Part shown: positions 60,141 to 64,000 of the stretch, piece after piece
Layout of the letters: every line of letters starts with the position of its first letter
Position numbering within the stretch: the first letter of the stretch is position 1
Assembly (NCBI GenBank): GCA_000004985.1
Contig: GG738883.1
Source: Naegleria gruberi
Lineage: Eukaryota
Reading direction: 5' to 3' (one strand)
Length of the DNA stretch: 64,000 bases
Program-made: the position numbers and the translations under genes
The notes under the pieces: model-generated
What the model was told of the DNA's origin: nothing
What the model saw: the letters and a program-made list of their open reading frames with translations, nothing else
Database searches by the model: none

Positions 60141-60782
60141 TTAAATCAAATCAGAATATTTCGTAATGAGATTTGCCAACTCCTTCAAGTATTTTCCATC
60201 AATTTCCAAACTAAATTGTTCCAAAGCAGTAGAATCAACATCAATCAAACCAAATACCTGTCCATTTTGAGAATTAAACAATGGTACACAAATTTCTGAA
60301 TTAGAAGCACTGTCACATGCAATATGTCCAGAAAATTCATGAACATTTGGCACCACAATAATTTCCTCTTTTGTAATACAAGCTCCACACACTCCCTTTC
60401 CAAATCTAATTCTTGTACAAGCTAATTTACCATGAAAAGGTCCTAAAACAAGTTCTCTGATTGGTTTATCATTTGTTTTCACATCAATCAAATAAAAACC
60501 AAACCAATTAATTGGATGACCATTTTCCAGAAATGTATTATAAAACAATGAAGCACAATTTGCAAGATTTGCAATTAAATTACTTTCATCACTCATCACA
60601 CTTTCGATTTCCTTCAGTAATTTAGTGTAGGTTTCCTCGGAGATGGGTTTTCTCTCCGAAGGTTGATGGCACTGATGATTTTGCTCGGAGAGTTGATGCA
60701 TTTTTTTTGATTTTGTTTTCCAATTCACAGTTTGTGTTGTAATCTTTCGCATGTGAGAAATAATAGTTTGAAAATTCCACAT
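60141..60782 (-). CDS. Free methionine-(R)-sulfoxide reductase (fRMsr, GAF-domain)
   Basis: LANLANCASLFYNTF...INWFGFYL...LVLGPFHGKLACTRIRFGKGVCGAC...VPNVHEFSGHIACDSASNSEICVPLF...GLIDVDS matches the fRMsr/YKL069W pattern, including the three catalytic Cys. Confidence 0.7.
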   Translation of the reverse strand: MWNFQTIISHMRKITTQTVNWKTKSKKMHQLSEQNHQCHQPSERKPISEETYTKLLKEIESVMSDESNLIANLANCASLFYNTFLENGHPINWFGFYLIDVKTNDKPIRELVLGPFHGKLACTRIRFGKGVCGACITKEEIIVVPNVHEFSGHIACDSASNSEICVPLFNSQNGQVFGLIDVDSTALEQFSLEIDGKYLKELANLITKYSDLI

Positions 60783-60878
60783 TCAATTTTCATTGTAAAC
60801 TCTTTTCACACAACTTTATCCTAAAACTGTCAAATACAAAAAAGGATCCAATATTCAACAACAAGTTACTTAAAAAAA

Positions 60879-62075
60879 ATGTCATTATCACTACCACCTC
60901 CATCATCAGAGAGTTTTGTGAAAACTATTCTCTTCTCCTCCGAATCGGTGACAGAAGGACATCCAGATAAATTATGTGATCAAGTTTCTGATGCAGTTTT
61001 AGATGCTTGTTTGGCTGTTGATCCGATGAGTAAAGTTGCCTGTGAATCATGTTGTAAAACTGGAATGGTTTTGGTGTTTGGAGAGATTACATCAAAGGCC
61101 AATATTGATTTTCAAAAAATTGTGAGAGAGACAGTTAAAGAAATTGGATTTGATGATAGTAGTAAAGGATTTGATTACAAGACATGTAATGTTTTGGTTG
61201 CTGTTGAACAACAATCACCAGATATTTCACAATGTGTTGTAAAGGATGGATTGGATGAGAATTTGGGAGCTGGTGATCAGGGAATGATGTTTGGATATGC
61301 ATGTAATGAAACAAGTGAATTGATGCCACTATCTCATTTACTTGCAAGTCAATTGGCTTTAAAATTGACTCAGGTTAGAAAATCTGGAGAATTGAAATGG
61401 TTGAGACCTGACGGAAAGACTCAAGTAACTGTAGAATATGAAAAACATTCGAATGGAGAAATGATTCCTAAACGAGTTCACACCATTGTCCTCTCCACTC
61501 AACACGACGAAAGTGTCACCAATGACCAAATCAAAACTGACATTAAGAAACATGTCATTCAAAAGGTTATTCCAGAAAAATACCTCGACTCTGAAACAAT
61601 TTATCACATCAACCCATCTGGAAGATTTGTCATTGGAGGTCCACAAGGAGATGCTGGATTGACTGGAAGAAAAATCATTGTCGACACGTATGGAGGTTGG
61701 GGAGCACATGGTGGTGGAGCATTCTCTGGAAAGGATCCTACTAAGGTTGATAGATCTGCCTCCTATTACTCCAGATATGTGGCAAAGAATATAGTAGCTG
61801 CTGGATTGGCAAAGAGATGTTTAATTCAAGTTTCGTATGCGATTGGAATTTGTGAGCCATTGTCGGTTCATGTCGAAACTTTTGGAACTGCTCAAAATGG
61901 ATTGGATGATTGGAAGATTTTGGATATTGTCAAGAAGAATTTCAATTTCACACCTTACAATATGATTAAGGAACTCAATTTGAGAAGACCAATCTATTCC
62001 AAAACTTCAGCCTATGGTCACTTTGGAAGATCTGAATTTCCTTGGGAACAAATCAAACCTCTTAAACTTGATTAA
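60879..62075 (+). CDS. SAM1: S-adenosylmethionine synthetase (methionine adenosyltransferase)
   Basis: 398-aa intronless ORF with [39 protein letters not shown] and the C-terminal conserved block. Confidence 0.95.
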   Translation: MSLSLPPPSSESFVKTILFSSESVTEGHPDKLCDQVSDAVLDACLAVDPMSKVACESCCKTGMVLVFGEITSKANIDFQKIVRETVKEIGFDDSSKGFDYKTCNVLVAVEQQSPDISQCVVKDGLDENLGAGDQGMMFGYACNETSELMPLSHLLASQLALKLTQVRKSGELKWLRPDGKTQVTVEYEKHSNGEMIPKRVHTIVLSTQHDESVTNDQIKTDIKKHVIQKVIPEKYLDSETIYHINPSGRFVIGGPQGDAGLTGRKIIVDTYGGWGAHGGGAFSGKDPTKVDRSASYYSRYVAKNIVAAGLAKRCLIQVSYAIGICEPLSVHVETFGTAQNGLDDWKILDIVKKNFNFTPYNMIKELNLRRPIYSKTSAYGHFGRSEFPWEQIKPLKLD

Positions 62076-62303
62076 AATTAAATATTATTAAATAGTCATT
62101 TACAATATTTTTAAATAGTAAATATTGTTCGTTACAGTTCCAAATTTGCACCATGAACTTGACACTTCAAACTTCCACCACAAAAAAAAATTCTCAACAA
62201 CTTTGCCAATAGTAATTTTTCCCAATCATTTTTGATCAACCATTTTCAGAGCTAAAATAACAATCGGAACAAGTAATAATTAGAAAAGAAGAATACAATT
62301 GTA

Positions 62304-64000
62304 ATGGCTTCGATTTTTAATTTTTTCAAGAGTGGAGGTGCCTATTCGAAGAGTAATACTGGAGCAACATCAAGTAGTACTAGTTCTACTAGTGGTGGTA
62401 GTTCAAGTAGTAGTAGTAGTGGTGGTGATGCTAGCAGTGGTACATCTTCAAATGAAACACCTTTGAGCAGTCCTTCTCCGAATGATAAGAGTGCTGTAAT
62501 AGTTGAGACAAACAAGGAAGTAATTGTTGATCAGAGCTCTACTTCAAAGGAAAAATCAACATCTAGTCAAATTGTGGATGGAAAGAATTTAATACTGTCA
62601 ATTCAACCTGATAGTAGACCTGTGTTTAATGAAGCTGATCTCACAGATTTGATAAAATTGAAAGAACACTTACAGTACAAACCAAGTGTTTTGAATTTGA
62701 TTGCTGTCTATCAGGCAGAAATTCAAAAACACGTAGAGTATGGTGTTAAAAAACCAAATAAGAAGGTACTCAATTATCAAATTGAACCAGCTCCTACAAA
62801 CACAAAATATGTCTACTTGACATCATCTGGTTTACCAGGAGTTTATTGTACTAATAATGATATGCTAGATTATAGTCACTATCAAGCTCTTAAGGAAGGA
62901 AAAAGTGTCACACATTCATTCGATTCTCAAGATTTGCCAAAAATTGAAGAAACTTTAAAGAACCAAACTCAAATTTCATCAAATTCTTCAATTACAAACA
63001 AGAGGAAGGAATTGGAACAATTAGAGAAACAATACACCCTATTGATGCGCGAAAAGGAAAAATTATTGATCGATAGAGCTGCAGTACTTTCCCCTGAAGA
63101 ATTGGCAATCATTGAAGAGGAAGAAGGCAAAAATAGAATCAGTAATCAAGACGATGATCAGTGGGAAATTGAAAGAAAGAAGAGAATTATTGAAAATGAA
63201 AGAAAATTGATCGAAAAAAGGTTAGCAGACGCTAAAAAGCACAGAAATGTTCGTTTCTATTGTAAGGGAGAATTGGAATACCTCACTAAATGGAATGACC
63301 ACTTTGTGAAGACTAACAGTGAAACAGCACCAAAGGGATTGGATGATATGCTGAGATACAAGCTAAATCCAACAAATTGTTTTGATTTAGGTGCTGAGGA
63401 AATTCACTATAGATTTTGTGAATCCCAATTCCACAGATTAGCAGCCAATCCACTGTATGGATCATCCTATCCAACTGCAAAACTTATTAATGTTGAATAT
63501 GTTGTGAATCCAGTCATTATGAGAAGATTTAACGCATGCAAACAAGAATTAGCTAAAAAACATGGCTTTATGCTCGAAAGTATGAAACCATTGCTCTTAT
63601 TCCATGGTACCTCTGATACCAATATGGAGAATATCTTAAGGACCAACTTTTTACTGAACAAGATAGGTAAGTCATTACACTTTTAACAATTCATTTTAAT
63701 GATGATCACATATTTGTTTTTTACATTCTTTAAACAGGCTCAACAACTGATATGGGTTGGTATGGAAAGTAAGTATTGATAGCCTTTATCATTTATTAAT
63801 CTTCTATTCCACAGAGGTTTTTACTTTAGTGAATATCCAGGATTATCTATGGGTTATGCCAGAAATCAATATTTGTTAATTTGTATGGTTTTGATTGGTA
63901 AGGCCTTCCACATGAATCAAGTAGAAACTGGTAGAGCTATTGAACCTGGTTATGATTCACACGTATCTCCTGATGGTTGCAGTGAGGTCATTATTTTCAA
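62304..64000 (+). CDS. PARP-catalytic-domain (ADP-ribosyltransferase) protein with a Ser-rich N-terminus; 3' end runs off the window
   Basis: Exon 1 62304..63666, exon 2 63738..63768 and exon 3 63815.. (GTAAGT introns, split codons restore frame). Catalytic H-Y-E signature context: LLFHGTSDTNMENILRTNF...GWYGK|GFYFSEYPG...GCSEVIIF. Confidence 0.55.

Noticed and set aside
1-64000. Prokaryotic-style interpretation (operons, defence islands, CRISPR)
   Set aside because: No repeat-spacer arrays are present. Genes carry GT-AG introns, a tRNA has an intron, and eEF2, eL34 and SAM synthetase are eukaryotic-type. The window is eukaryotic.

Overview
The window is a strongly AT-rich eukaryotic nuclear locus, not a prokaryotic one. 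The evidence is dense spliced genes on both strands with short introns of about 40–160 nt (GTAAGT/GTATGT donors, ..AG acceptors), TAA/TGA stop codons, poly-T Pol III terminators, an intron-containing tRNA, and conserved eukaryotic housekeeping genes. About 32 protein-coding genes and 3 tRNA genes can be supported.

The 5' half (1–27 kb) is mostly conserved housekeeping or cell-biology genes:
- ARM-repeat protein, ribosomal protein eL34, Nom1/Sgd1-like MIF4G/MA3 protein, Atp23 metalloprotease, a TPR protein, a NEK kinase
- a zeta-crystallin-type oxidoreductase, a giant kinase-like/BEACH/WD40 protein, eEF2

The 3' half (27–60 kb) reads like an accessory, lineage-specific compartment:
- four Sel1-repeat genes (one with frameshifts): two fused to atypical kinase domains or a novel ~38-aa repeat module, one with an LRR-like N-terminus; plus a standalone gene made of the same ~38-aa repeat
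- three paralogous parallel β-helix surface proteins, one of them the ectodomain of a single-pass receptor kinase
- EGF-containing secreted proteins, including an EGF plus fibrinogen-C-like protein
- an ankyrin-repeat kinase, a GT13 (GnT-I-like) glycosyltransferase, an LMBR1-like membrane protein
- a tRNA-adjacent DDE transposon remnant and a duplicated, truncated tRNA-Val copy

The window ends with a divergent fRMsr/SAM-synthetase pair and a PARP-domain gene.

The combination of Sel1-kinase expansion, poly-Asn tracts, tiny introns and AT-richness is reminiscent of early-diverging fungi such as Glomeromycotina, but taxon assignment is inference only. All functional calls rest on motif recognition from the translated ORFs and have not been checked by any search.
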